A stretch of 61,664 nucleotides of DNA, counting the filler, from Choristocarpus tenellus KU-1152 (lineage: Eukaryota > Protista > Phaeophyceae): NCBI GenBank assembly GCA_964200185.2. It is 9 parts of 9 records of this genome, joined end to end, with 100 filler letters (N's around TTAATTAATTAA, not from the genome) between each part and the next. Parts side by side here need not be neighbours in the genome. Positions count along the whole stretch, not along the records: positions 48,486 to 51,750 come from CAXNAD020021169.1; positions 51,851 to 55,527 come from CAXNAD020018566.1; positions 55,628 to 61,664 come from CAXNAD020009101.1; 6 more parts are not named here. One strand, written 5' to 3'. Shown in pieces: positions 50,232-60,959 of the stretch. The stretch's first letter is position 1; every line of letters starts with the position of its first letter. A model generated the notes under the pieces. The model was not told the origin of the DNA, did no database searches, and was given only the letters and a program-made list of their open reading frames with translations. The position numbers and the translations under genes were made by a program.

Positions 50232-51558
50232 TTTTTCCGGTTTTTCCATTGGTTTATAAACGGTTTTTTTTTTTTTTTTTTTTTTTATATATGAAGTTTG
50301 CCGAGTGCCTTTCCCTGTTTTTTTTGGTGTTGTTTTCTTGTGTTTTTTTTTTTTTTTTTTTTTTTTCGATTCTGCATTCTTTTCTTTTTCGCAAGTCTCC
50401 GGGTGCTCGCATAGGTTAAGAAACGGATCCTTTTATTTCTTACTATCGTTTTGAAACTGTTGTCACTGATTAAAAAAAAGGATCTTTCTTGTTTTGTAGT
50501 ATTGATTTGAAACTGTTCTCGCCAATTAAAAAACGGTTCTTGTTATAAAATTGATTTGAAACTGTTGTCACCAATTAAAAAACGGATCTTTCTTGTTTTG
50601 TAGTATTGATTTGAAACTGTGAATGCTGTTTAAAAGACGGATGATCTTTCTTGTTTTGTAGTATTGATTTGAAACTCTTGTCGCTGATTAAAAACGGATC
50701 TTTCTTGATTGTAGTATTGATTTGGAACTGTTGTTGCTGTTTAAAATATGGATTTTTCTTGTTTTGCAGTATTGATTTGAAACTCTTGTCGCTGTTTAAA
50801 AAACCGATCATTCCTGTTTTGTAGTATTGATTTGAAACTCTTGTCGCTGTTTAAAAAACCAATCATTCCTGTTTTGTAGTATTGATTTGAAACTGTTGTC
50901 GCTGTTTAAGAAACGGGTCTTTCTTGTTTTGTAGTATTGATTTGAAACTGCTATCGCTGTTTGCCGACTTGAATTGCTTCTCAACTCTCACCCCTACCTG
51001 CAGCCTGGCGGACTTCACAATAGAATAGAACAGATTATTTTTGGTGTCTATTATCTCTACTTTTTGGTGAAGTCCTGGTGGTTGTGACTGTCGTAAAATA
51101 AAACATAATCCATCAACAGATTGGGGGAGAAAAAAGAACGCACAAAAAAATGAATGTGTGTGTCCACATGCACTGCCCAGGAGAGGGAGACACAACCCAG
51201 GTAATGGGTCAGTGAGCCATCCTCACCAATATATATATATATATATATATATATTTGAGCTTCCTACCCATCACTCAGGAAATATTTTTGCGTGAAATAT
51301 TAACATGGAAGAGGTACTCCGCTTTGCTGTGTGTGTGTATGTATATATGTATGTATATATGTATGTATATATGTACGTATGTAAAAATTGCTTCTGTAGC
51401 CTTGCTGTTCGTATGCTAACCTGGGTAGAAGGCAACCTAATGGTGTCCAGCACGGGATGTCCCCCAGAGCTCCTGGAGGATGCTGGTGCATACATAGGCA
51501 GACTGGATAGAGCCTTGTCTGGTTTCTACAACAAGGCGTTGTTGAGGCATCAAATATG
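49070..51558 (+). CDS. Two internal exons (49070-49236, 51400-51558) of a hydroxylysine kinase-like / APH-family phosphotransferase
   Basis: AG/GT-bounded, phase-compatible exons encode IHNGTES..GFLCPFP..LP..SLAVRMLTWVEG..PELLEDAGAYIGRLDRALSGF..R.QIW, matching the N-lobe pattern of HYKK/AGPHD1-like kinases (from memory). Confidence 0.75.
49242..49269 (+). repeat. Short interstitial telomere-like (CCCTAA) repeat
   Basis: CCTAACCCTAATCCCTAATCCTAACCCC, starting a few bases after the splice donor. Confidence 0.7.
50421..50962. repeat. Intronic minisatellite, ~55-bp unit x10
   Basis: Unit resembles TTTCTTGTTTTGTAGTATTGATTTGAAACTGTTGTCGCTGTTTAAAAAACGGATC, repeated head to tail. Confidence 0.92.
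51228..51382. repeat. (TA)n and (TATG)n microsatellites
   Basis: Directly visible at ~51228-51254 and ~51330-51382. Confidence 0.85.
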
Positions 51559-51750
51559 GTGAGTTTTACTCATCAATGAGGTGGTCCCTTTATAGATACC
51601 TCTGTCGTATGGTGGAAATATTATACTTTTGATGTTACTCCAGGATGGTAAAATGTGCACCTAAAATTATACAGGACTTGGTTTTTTGGGTTGGTCGCCG
51701 ACTTTGTCGATGAAAAATCCCCAGTTTCTTGCTAGAATAGACGGGGGGGG

Positions 51751-51850
51751 NNNNNNNNNNNNNNNNNNNNNNNNNNNNNNNNNNNNNNNNNNNNTTAATT
51801 AATTAANNNNNNNNNNNNNNNNNNNNNNNNNNNNNNNNNNNNNNNNNNNN
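51751..51850. other. Artificial contig linker
   Basis: N44-TTAATTAATTAA-N44. Confidence 0.97.
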
Positions 51851-51901
51851 GAAACGGACGCCCCATTACAAACCACCACCACCCCTCAGATACTTTGACC
51901 C
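51851..51901 (+). mobile_element. Right end of a family B variant MITE
   Basis: GAAACGGACGCCCC..CAAACCAC..CAGATACTTTGACCC, matching the end of 55633-55814. Confidence 0.7.
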
Positions 51902-53687
51902 CATGAAGCTTACCACCAATCAAGTCTTTGAGTATGTGTGGACTACATAATGCTCTCTCCTCCAGCAGACTCTGTACTCCTCTCCGATTTCGCCCAGGAA
52001 GGCAAAACTGAATCCCCGACTGGCACAATACCGGAAAGGGGCCCTGGTTTGTCGGTCGCCTACCTTTTTTGCTTATGTGAGTCTCCGAGGAGATGCCTTC
52101 GACTAAATCAGTCATCGGGACTGTGAATGTACACCAGTTCTAGGTTTGGTGGAGATGATATGTTATTCTCTAAAGAAGGTTAAGCGTGGCCTTAGCATCC
52201 TAATGCTGGTACTTGTCTTCTTTGGCCACATACATGTTTGAAGCCACCATGATAAGGACTTCTAACTTGGTGAATTACCCGTTTGACCGTCGGCATGAGC
52301 ACCACTGTCGTGAGGCAGGGTCCACTTAGTCATGGGGAGTTTTCATAATCAGCAGTTTTGTCGACGTGGGGTTGCTTTCAGCAAAACCTGAAGTACTCAC
52401 AATCATAAAATCTTGGGATGAAACCTGAGTTACACCTCGGATCCAATGGATAACATCATATCATTTTGACTGTCAATAATAGCAAGTGGTGTGGGAATTA
52501 TTAGGACTTCTGTGTTTGGCGTTGATGTGAACATCACAGGAAAGAAATGTGCGTTTTAGGTAGGCATTGTCGTTCATCACCCTTAACAACACTTGGTTAG
52601 ATGCAAAAATTACAGAAAACATGCCGTATTGGTCAGAAGAACTGAAACTCACTGTCACTTTGCTGTTTTTGTCACTTTTTTAGGAGGGTGGAAGAGGATA
52701 TTTCATGGATCAAGAGAAAACAGTCAACAGAGCCTGTATTACTTCCACAATAGGCCATCCTGTGATATGCTTCAAAGCACAACATATAAAAATTGGTGCT
52801 ACAATTATTGCAGCGTCTTTATTGCTGTGCATATATAACCCATATAAGTATAGATGATGATGCATTGTAGGATTTATGTAGACACCTTATGCCTCCTTCG
52901 ATATGCCCAGATCATGCCATACTGTGGGAGTGTGGTCGAGGGTAAATACGGCATAGTTCTTGCGACATTATTATCACATATTAAAATTATTACTACTTTA
53001 CTGTGCTACTACTAGTATATGTTAATACTAAACGGACCTCTAGATCACCAAACTTACATGTAGCACGATATATACTATGTTTAAAAAAGTATATACTATA
53101 CAATGTACTGTGAGGAAAGAATTAAAAGAAAGGGAGTGCTTTGTTTTGCTCACAAGTTCTTGATGAATTAATAACCTACTCTTAACCTCACATCCACTCC
53201 ACTTCTGATCGACTTACTTCACACCACTCATTCCATATCACACCCCTCACACCACCACCCTGTTACCACCCCAACTACGCGGTCATTTTTCGCGCACTAA
53301 CCCATACATCACTTCCAGTTCGTTCAACTGGATCGGAAGGTATAGAAAGAGACCTTGCAGAGGATGGGAATCAGCCTAGGACTGGGAAAACAACCACAGA
53401 GGGGGCACTGACAATATGAGGTGGAACGTGACCACAAGGAAGCAGGCAACGTTTGTATTGAGGAAATTTAGAGAAGAATGGCCCACAATGAGGCAGGATT
53501 AGTAGAGCAAGAACGATGGCGTCAATGGGAGTACTTTAACTTGTCAGGCAAAGGGAAGGGAGAAGGAAGTCAGGAACCTTCAAAATGTACACAGAGACCA
53601 ATCACAGGGACCTATATTGTGGCTGTCAAGGGGTTTACGAGAGAGGAGTAAGAACTGGAGGGAACTAAGGGAAGAGGCAGTGTGTGT

Positions 53688-54153
53688 AGGAACTAGGAAA
53701 CAACATCGATGTAAAGGGGAGGCCAAGCTTGGCCGGGGTGAATGTCTTCTAGCTCAAAGGCACGGTCTTGGAGTGGATGAAGGTGGAGTGTCTTAAATGA
53801 TTGTGGGGTGTTCTTGGAAAAATGTGGAATGTTGTGGATGGAGGTGGACCATTTGGGAGTAGTGATGTGGGAGCGGATCCCATAAGCAGAAATTGGCTGT
53901 ATTAGTATGTGAGCAAACAGTATGGTACCCAACCCCACACCAACGCAGCCAATCTCTGCGTATCCACTCCAACGCCAACTATCCCAAGACAGTCCGCCTC
54001 CATCCACAACACTCCACATTCATCCAACATCCCACAAGCATACAAAAAACTCCACCTTCGTCCACTCCCATAGCATGCATACATTTGAGCTAAAAGACAT
54101 CCACCCTGCCCAAGCTTGGCCTCCCCTTTGTATCAATGTTGTATTTAGTTCCT
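53688..54153. mobile_element. Foldback / long hairpin element (~220-bp imperfect arms, ~40-bp loop)
   Basis: AGGAACTA..CAACATCGATGTAAAGGGGAGGCCAAGCTTGG.. pairs with ..CCAAGCTTGGCCTCCCCTTTGTATCAATGTTG..TAGTTCCT along the whole length. Confidence 0.8.
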
Positions 54154-54411
54154 GAGTCAAAGTATCTTGGAGGGTAGAGCCGTGTCCATTTGGGAACCAA
54201 AATCCAATGTTGTCATTTTGATATCATTTTGACTATCATGTTTGTTAGGAAATGCCAATATCTATGTGTCGGACACGCCTGTTCATAACATACATACTGT
54301 ACCTACTCCTAAGAATTTTGAACTAGGAAAAAGTAAAAAAGAACCAATGGGAAGCCAAGCCCCAAATTGACAAACAGGGCAAAACTCGTACCCTCTAAGA
54401 TGCTTTCACTC
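54154..54411 (+). mobile_element. MITE family A, TSD TCCT
   Basis: TCCT|GAGTCAAAGTATCTTGGAGGGTA ... TACCCTCTAAGATGCTTTCACTC|TCCT. Confidence 0.92.
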
Positions 54412-55391
54412 TCCTGGGCACCATCTGAATTTAGCCCGAGTACTATTGCTGTTCTCCAAAATACGAATGTTCCTTGGTTCCTCGTGGCCACCTTCACCTC
54501 ATACATCCCGTCCGTGCTTCCCGTCATTGAAATCCCAGTCCTAGACTGATTCCCAACTTCTGGAAGATCTCTTCCTGTACCTTCTGATCCAGACTTAAGA
54601 AATGGAGGTGTTGGAAATTGGAAAGAGTCAAACAGTGTTTGCGGGACTATTTGATTGTAGATGTCTTGCCTTTTAGTGCACCAATCCAGTTGCCCTTACT
54701 CCCAGAATAGAAACACATACTTCTACCCCTGCCTTTACTTCAAACTCCCGACTGCTGGGGTCGAACCAAATAGTCAAGTTCCTCTATGCATGAAATTCCT
54801 CTCACTGTTCCTGAACTCCCCTGATAATCCTTGGTTCGCACCCCCCGCGCAAAGTGAACTACTTAATTTAAAATGGGCCTTGTATTTCCCACAATTACTG
54901 CAAGTTGACCAACCGAGACCCACCAAATAAGGTTAACCATGCTGATTCGATCACAACAAACTAATTTTCATGAAAAAATTCGTTGTTGATCAAAGGATAT
55001 GGCATGACAAAGTTGATGCAGGAGGCGACTTCGAAAACTGTACAAAAAGTTCTTGATCGTTTGAACAATCAAACACGAGGATATTTGAAAGGAAAATTGT
55101 TCTGAAGAAAATGGAGGAGTGTTGTGTGCAAAATAATGACAATAATACTGAAACATTCGCAATAACAGGATCAACTATTTGCAAATGTCATCACTATCAC
55201 TATTGCCCTCCCACGACATCTCATCATGGTAATTCTTCCTTGTCCAATAAGTTGTCATGTGAATATTTAAATCTGTAAATTATTTGTACACATGTTTGAG
55301 TTACAGTACCTACCCCGATTTTGTTCACCCATGGGCATCCCCGAAAAAAGCGGTACAGATTTGATGTGGTACAATCTCGTTTTTGTAGTAA

Positions 55392-55527
55392 TTAATCGTG
55401 GTTAGCTGGGAAATTAATCATCGAAGCGACTGGTTAATCGTGGCATTCCTGGGAAATCAATCGTCGAAGCGACTAATTGATCGTGGTGAGATGGGAAATC
55501 AATCGTTGAAGCGACTAGTTAATCGTG
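55392..55527. repeat. 42-43-bp tandem repeat (3+ units), cut by the contig end
   Basis: TTAATCGTGG....TGGGAAATCAATCGTCGAAGCGACT at 55392, 55434, 55477 and 55519. Confidence 0.85.
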
Positions 55528-55627
55528 NNNNNNNNNNNNNNNNNNNNNNNNNNNNNNNNNNNNNNNNNNNNTTAATTAATTAANNNNNNNNNNNNNNNNN
55601 NNNNNNNNNNNNNNNNNNNNNNNNNNN
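55528..55627. other. Artificial contig linker
   Basis: N44-TTAATTAATTAA-N44. Confidence 0.97.
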
Positions 55628-55632
55628 GGGGA

Positions 55633-55814
55633 GGGGAAAAGTATCTAGGGGGGGGGGGGTTGGCATCCGTTTTTCACCCTTTTTTCGATTTTCACTTTTT
55701 TGGTGTGATTTGGTCGCACATGTCAGATTTGAAATGTCAGCAACAAAAAAAGAGTTGTTTGACCGAAACGGGCGCCCCCTCGCAAACCACGCCCCCCCCC
55801 AGATACTTTGACCC
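55633..55814 (+). mobile_element. MITE family B variant
   Basis: ..AAAGTATCTAGGGGGG ... CCCCCCAGATACTTTGACCC, with the GTGATTTGGTCGCA core. Confidence 0.75.
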
Positions 55815-56445
55815 AGGAAAGATCAGGAAGAGAGCGGACAGAATAGGAGAGAAAAGTAATGGAGAGATGGGCAAGATTGCGTTCTAAGGATCCGGACAAA
55901 CAACAACAAAACGCTATTTTGAACAATTAATTCCATAAAGAATATTTCTTGAAAAAACGTGGTGTCACGTTGTATGTTTGTTGAAAGGGGAATAAAATAA
56001 TTTCTGCTTACACTGTTGTGCACATAACGCAATGAAACAGCATGTATTGCTTAGTGTAGCAAAGATGGCTTAGAATGTAGAAGGGACCAAATCTGCCTAA
56101 CCTCTCAATTAAAGTTCTCAATTAAAGTAGGGTGGTATCTGGTTGGAGACCCCACGAAGTCATAGTCAGGGGGGGGTTAGTGAGTCGTAGATTGTGTCCT
56201 TCTTGTCGCCAACATTGTTACACCTTCTCATCCGAGCTGAAATTAAAGATACGGCTCATGTTAGGATGGTACTTAGTCTGATACTCCATGAAAGTAATGA
56301 GGATTTGAGGACCTAAGGTGATAGTAGAGTGAAGGTTAAAGGGATAGATAGATACTCTCATCACGTGCAGACATGATTAAGCTATTAGCAGTAGTTTATG
56401 CCACCACGATGGCAAACTTTGATATTCCTTGGCGTGGGTGATGGG

Positions 56446-58286
56446 TGTTGAAGTATCCCACACTGGACCCGCGGCTTTGGTGCTTTAATGAAGGACAAAG
56501 AACAGCTTAATGTAGATGAGAAAAGTTAATACTACAACAGGGCTTATGATCTCAATTCCTCTGACAGACTGCGTGGGTGAGACTATACCCTAGACTACCA
56601 TTATTATTTCTATAGTGTGGGGTTTGTAATCGTCCACACTATTTTACTATGAGTCACTATTTACTTGTCTTAAGTATAGGGGGTGTATGTTGAACATGAT
56701 ATAAAAATCAATCAACACTATGAGTCAGTACATACTAAATATCTGTCACTGGCTCTCCATCCTAATATATTATCCACCGGTGGTGTCTACGTATATCAGC
56801 AGCACTATCTACGAACACTCTCCCTTGCGGCGCAGACACTACACCCTGAGGATCTACTTCTCTCAAACTTGGAGAAAGAAAGAAACTTCTGCTAACTCTA
56901 ATAAATAATGCAATAAATATATCCTAACATCAGAGTGAAAGTATCTTAGAGGATAAGAGTTTTGCCCTGTTTGTCCATTTGGGACTTGGCTTCCCANNNN
57001 NNNNNNCATGTTTTGTTTTTTTACATTTTCCAACTCTGAAATATTTCAGAGTAGGTAGAATGTATACGTTATGAAAAGCTGTGTTCTGAAAATGGATATT
57101 GACATCTCCTAACAAGCACGATAGCCAAAATTACATCAAAATTGCAACATTGGATTTTGCTCCCAAATGGACACGGCTCTACCCTCTAAGATACTTTGAC
57201 TCATCAACGTTGACGTTGGGTCTGTGTAGGTACAAAAAAATTAGTCATCAATCTAACCTTTGTCCTACTGCAGTCTCACGTGGAAACATTATCGGGTACT
57301 TTCTCCTGCAGGTCCTTAGCGATGCCACGTTGCGTCTCCCACAATCCATAAAATGGCAGGGTCCTTAGCAATGCATACGGCGTTTCCTACAATCAACGAA
57401 ACCTCCCTAGTACATCACTACTACAGGTCACTGGAACACAGATCCTACCTCATATCTACCTCCCAATCTTGTAGCCCAATTGAGGTCGGGGCAGTCGTAC
57501 TTGGTGTGGCCATCTTTGTCACACATAAAACAGAATACGCTGCCCTTTCCTCAACCCTTCCTACCAGCAGTCCACCTTCCCGCACTTACAACCACAGCAT
57601 GGCAATTACCTTCGCCACTTGAAGAACTTGACAAGCTCCATGCTGGAAGTCTCTACCTCAACTCCACATCCACTGCCCAGACTGATCCCCTACAGATGTC
57701 GGAGCCATGAAGACCGAAGTAACAGTCATAGCTCCAAAGGTAGCTTGAGCTCTCACTGAAAAAGCAAGGAAATTCTCTCCCTACTTCCCAGCGAACGTGG
57801 GGAGGTTGGCGACCTTGATGGGGTTGCTGGCAGACATCTTGTATACAATAACAATGCTCACTACTAGTCTTGTCGCTTTGCACAACGTCCCAGGAATAAT
57901 CGGTCCGCTAAGTAGAGTGTTGAAGTATCCCACACTGGACCCGCGGCTTTGGTGCTTTAATGAAGGACAAAGAACAGCTTAATGTAGATGAGCAAAATTA
58001 ATATTACAACAGGGCTTATGGTCTCAATTCCTCTGACTACGTGAGTGAGACTATACCCTAGACTACCATTATTATTTCTATAGTGTGGGGTTTGTAATCG
58101 TCCACACTATTTTACTATGAATCACTTTTTTACTTGTCTTAAGTATAGGGGGTGTATCTTGAACATGATATAAAATTCAATCAACAATGTGAGTCAGTAC
58201 ATATTATATATCTGTCACTGGCTCTCCATCCTAATATATTATCCACCGGTGGTGTCTACGTATATCAGCAGCACTATCTACGAACA
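56446..58286 (-). mobile_element. Complete 1.84-kb non-autonomous LTR element (TRIM/TR-GAG-like); LTRs 57918-58286 (5') and 56446-56817 (3')
   Basis: Highly similar TG..CA LTR pair; flanks ATGGG/ACGGG (5-bp TSD, one mismatch); PPT AAGGGAGAG. Internally deleted gag keeps its N-terminus and a CFMCDKDGHTKYDC knuckle; one unit of the 36938 repeat lies at ~57260-57460. Confidence 0.88.
56933..57202 (-). mobile_element. MITE family A inside the LTR element, TSD ATCA (contains a 10-N gap)
   Basis: ATCA|GAGTGAAAGTATCTTAGAGG ... ACCCTCTAAGATACTTTGACTC|ATCA. Confidence 0.92.
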
Positions 58287-58519
58287 ACGGGATGGGCAGA
58301 TTAGGCCAATTGTAGGGTGGCAGCCGGTTTGATAACCTTTGAAAGTCATGATCTAGGTCGATAAGTTGTAGATTGTGTTGTTCCTGTCTACAAAATTGTT
58401 ACTCTCGGGGTATTTGCGATTAAATTGAAAGAGTGATGGCTCGTTGTAAGGTGATACTTAGTGTGATACTCCGTGGTAGGGTCCCGACTGGAGGACCTAG
58501 GGCAATAAAGGATCGGTAA

Positions 58520-58786
58520 CAGTGAAAATATCTTAGAGGGTACGATTTTTACCCTGTTTGTCCATTTGGGGCTTCCCAGAGGGGCTTCCCAGGGTTTTTT
58601 TAATGACATTTTCCAACTCCAAAATGTTTAGGAATAGGTAAAATGTATATGTTATGAAAAGTTGTGTCCGGAACATGGATATTGACACTTCCTAACAAAT
58701 ACGATAGCCAAAATTACATCAAGATCGTAACCTTGGATTTTGACCCCCAAATGGACACGGCTCTACCTTCTAAGATACTTTGGCTC
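58520..58786 (-). mobile_element. MITE family A
   Basis: CAGTGAAAATATCTTAGAGGGTAC ... TCTAAGATACTTTGGCTC. Confidence 0.88.
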
Positions 58787-58908
58787 ATCTCCACTATAGG
58801 CATTAGGGTTAGATGCATTTCCCATAGGCGTACATAAATTTGTTCATTGTCCTGCTTAAAAGACCAGTCGTACTTTTTTGCTGCTCCAGTTGCCGTGAAA
58901 TCCACCTT

Positions 58909-59163
58909 GAGTCAAACCAATTGAAAGGAAGGCAGGTTTGGACCCTTTACAATCCGAGTCATTTTTCTTACCCTTCACAATACACTCTAAAGCATTGCTT
59001 CATCTACACAATAGTGTGCGCAAAACTGATATTCCCCCTTCTTTCCATGCACAAAGTGACACCACGATTCATCAAAGTCTCTTCCTGCAATTGTAAAATA
59101 GCATATTTTTGCCCTTTCTCGTGGTCCTTCAAATGCAACACTGCGTACCTCTCGGTTTGACTC
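58909..59163 (+). mobile_element. MITE family D
   Basis: GAGTCAAACCAATTGAAAGG ... TACCTCTCGGTTTGACTC. Confidence 0.85.
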
Positions 59164-60257
59164 ATTCGAGATCTGATGTAGACATGATGAGTCGTGGTTG
59201 TGTCATTCTTCTCGCAACATCACCAGCCATTGGCATCCGCGATGGAATTGACAGATTAGGGTATATCATAAAGTGGTAACTAGTTGGGTAATCTGTTACA
59301 GGCGAATAGTGCGAGCGTTTCTTCCCATGTCTTGACAAACACGAACATTTGTGACAGACGTAAAGTGCGAGGATTTTTATTCTTGCGTTCTAACAAGTGC
59401 AAACAATATACGATATTAGGTAGCCTTACAAAATAAATGATGATTTTATAGAAGATACAGAGTAAGATTCGGAATGCATACGTAACATTTGTCAAAATCC
59501 CTGAGAAGTTGCAGAATAAAGGTTTATGATTGTAGTACGTGTAGAGCAATTGCATAGAAGACCAAAGAAATTGGGTGGATGATGAAAATAATAAGAGGGC
59601 TTGTGGTCAAACGATCACCCCTTTTTACCTCCAGTCTTTATCTTTTATCTTGAACGAAACTTTGAGTTGCGCTTTGAGCAAAGTACTGAGTGGAATATCA
59701 AGAAGAGAAGGACACCTGACACCCTACACACTGTTGTAAAGGGCAACGCCCCCATTTCGTCATTTTAAGGTCGTTGGATTTGAGTTGTACATCCTGTAGA
59801 GGTGAGTTCTGAGGGGCGCCTGTAACAAATCTCTCAAAATATTTAATGATCAGGGGACTCAGCGGGATAATAGGGTTGGTATATAGGGATACATATACAG
59901 ATATTTGTAGTCGTGCTAAGTGAGCAGTGGTAGTCCATGTTGCTCTCGTCACAACAATTGGTATTTCATCATAATATAAGAAAAGAGAGAGAGCGAATGC
60001 TGTCCCACTTGAGAACTCAATTACCAGTGTATATATGTCAAAAATTTCCGCTTTGATGCCAGAACCTTTGTAGTGATTTCGAGATGTACCAGGGATTACC
60101 ATCACCGTGTGATGTTCAGGATGGAGGGTACATATTTATGTTAAATTACCCCTTCAAAATAGAAGAGGTTGACTGATAGCAGCAAGTGTAGGGCTAAGAT
60201 AGGTTGGAGGCATAACATCAATGTATACATAACGTAATATCCAACCTTCAAAGGAGT

Positions 60258-60840
60258 GTTGTAGTATAGCTGGTATTCAAATAGTGAAATGATTTTAGAG
60301 ATATATCTTTCACAGTTATTGTGACAATCGTTCCTTTTACAGGGAACCTTTTGATATTGGTTTGGCTTCTTCCCTCACACATCTGCAAAATGTCAAAGGG
60401 TATAATCATATGTAGTAGCAGCAAGGCTCGTCATGGTGGAAAGGGAATTTGGAAAAACCACGGTGGTACTGTATTTTTTTATTATGCCTTCTGACATTTT
60501 GCAGATGTGTCAGGGGGAAAGCAAATGAAAACTATTCACAACATGTCAGTATAATCCCTAAAGAAATAAAATATCATAAAACACTGTAAGTGTGAAAACC
60601 ACCACTAATCTGTTACTTCACCACTATCAATATTGTACTACTGCCTTCCTGTGCTTCCCATCTACCAACTCCTGCGCCCCGGGGGGGGGAACTAGGGAGG
60701 CATCCCAAGAATCCAACAAACCCCTCCGTGTCATCTCCCTGGTGACTCTAGTTTAAAGCGCATGACACATCTAGACAGTGCCACTTGCGTAGTCACCGAA
60801 AAAAATTAGCATAGCTGAGATTTGACTACTCCTTTCCTGC
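60258..60840. mobile_element. Two family F ends back to back (60258-60406 reverse, 60482-~60840 forward)
   Basis: CACATCTGCAAAATGTCAAAGGGTATAAT versus ATTATGCCTTCTGACATTTTGCAGATGTG; the forward copy aligns with 314-640. Confidence 0.6.
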
Positions 60841-60959
60841 AATATTCTCCAGCAGTACTGTACAGTAATGTCTACCGTAAAATAAACGGTACAACAATAA
60901 TGGAACTAGCCGCCCCAGGGCCACCAACCCACGCCCTCGGAACTAGAGCTCCTCTCTAC

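Noticed and set aside
50180-50370. Poly-Phe ORF over T-tracts
   Set aside because: Low-complexity, probably low-quality intronic sequence.
50421-50962. CRISPR-like appearance of the 55-bp array
   Set aside because: Units are head to tail with no unique spacers, lie in a eukaryotic intron, and there are no cas genes.
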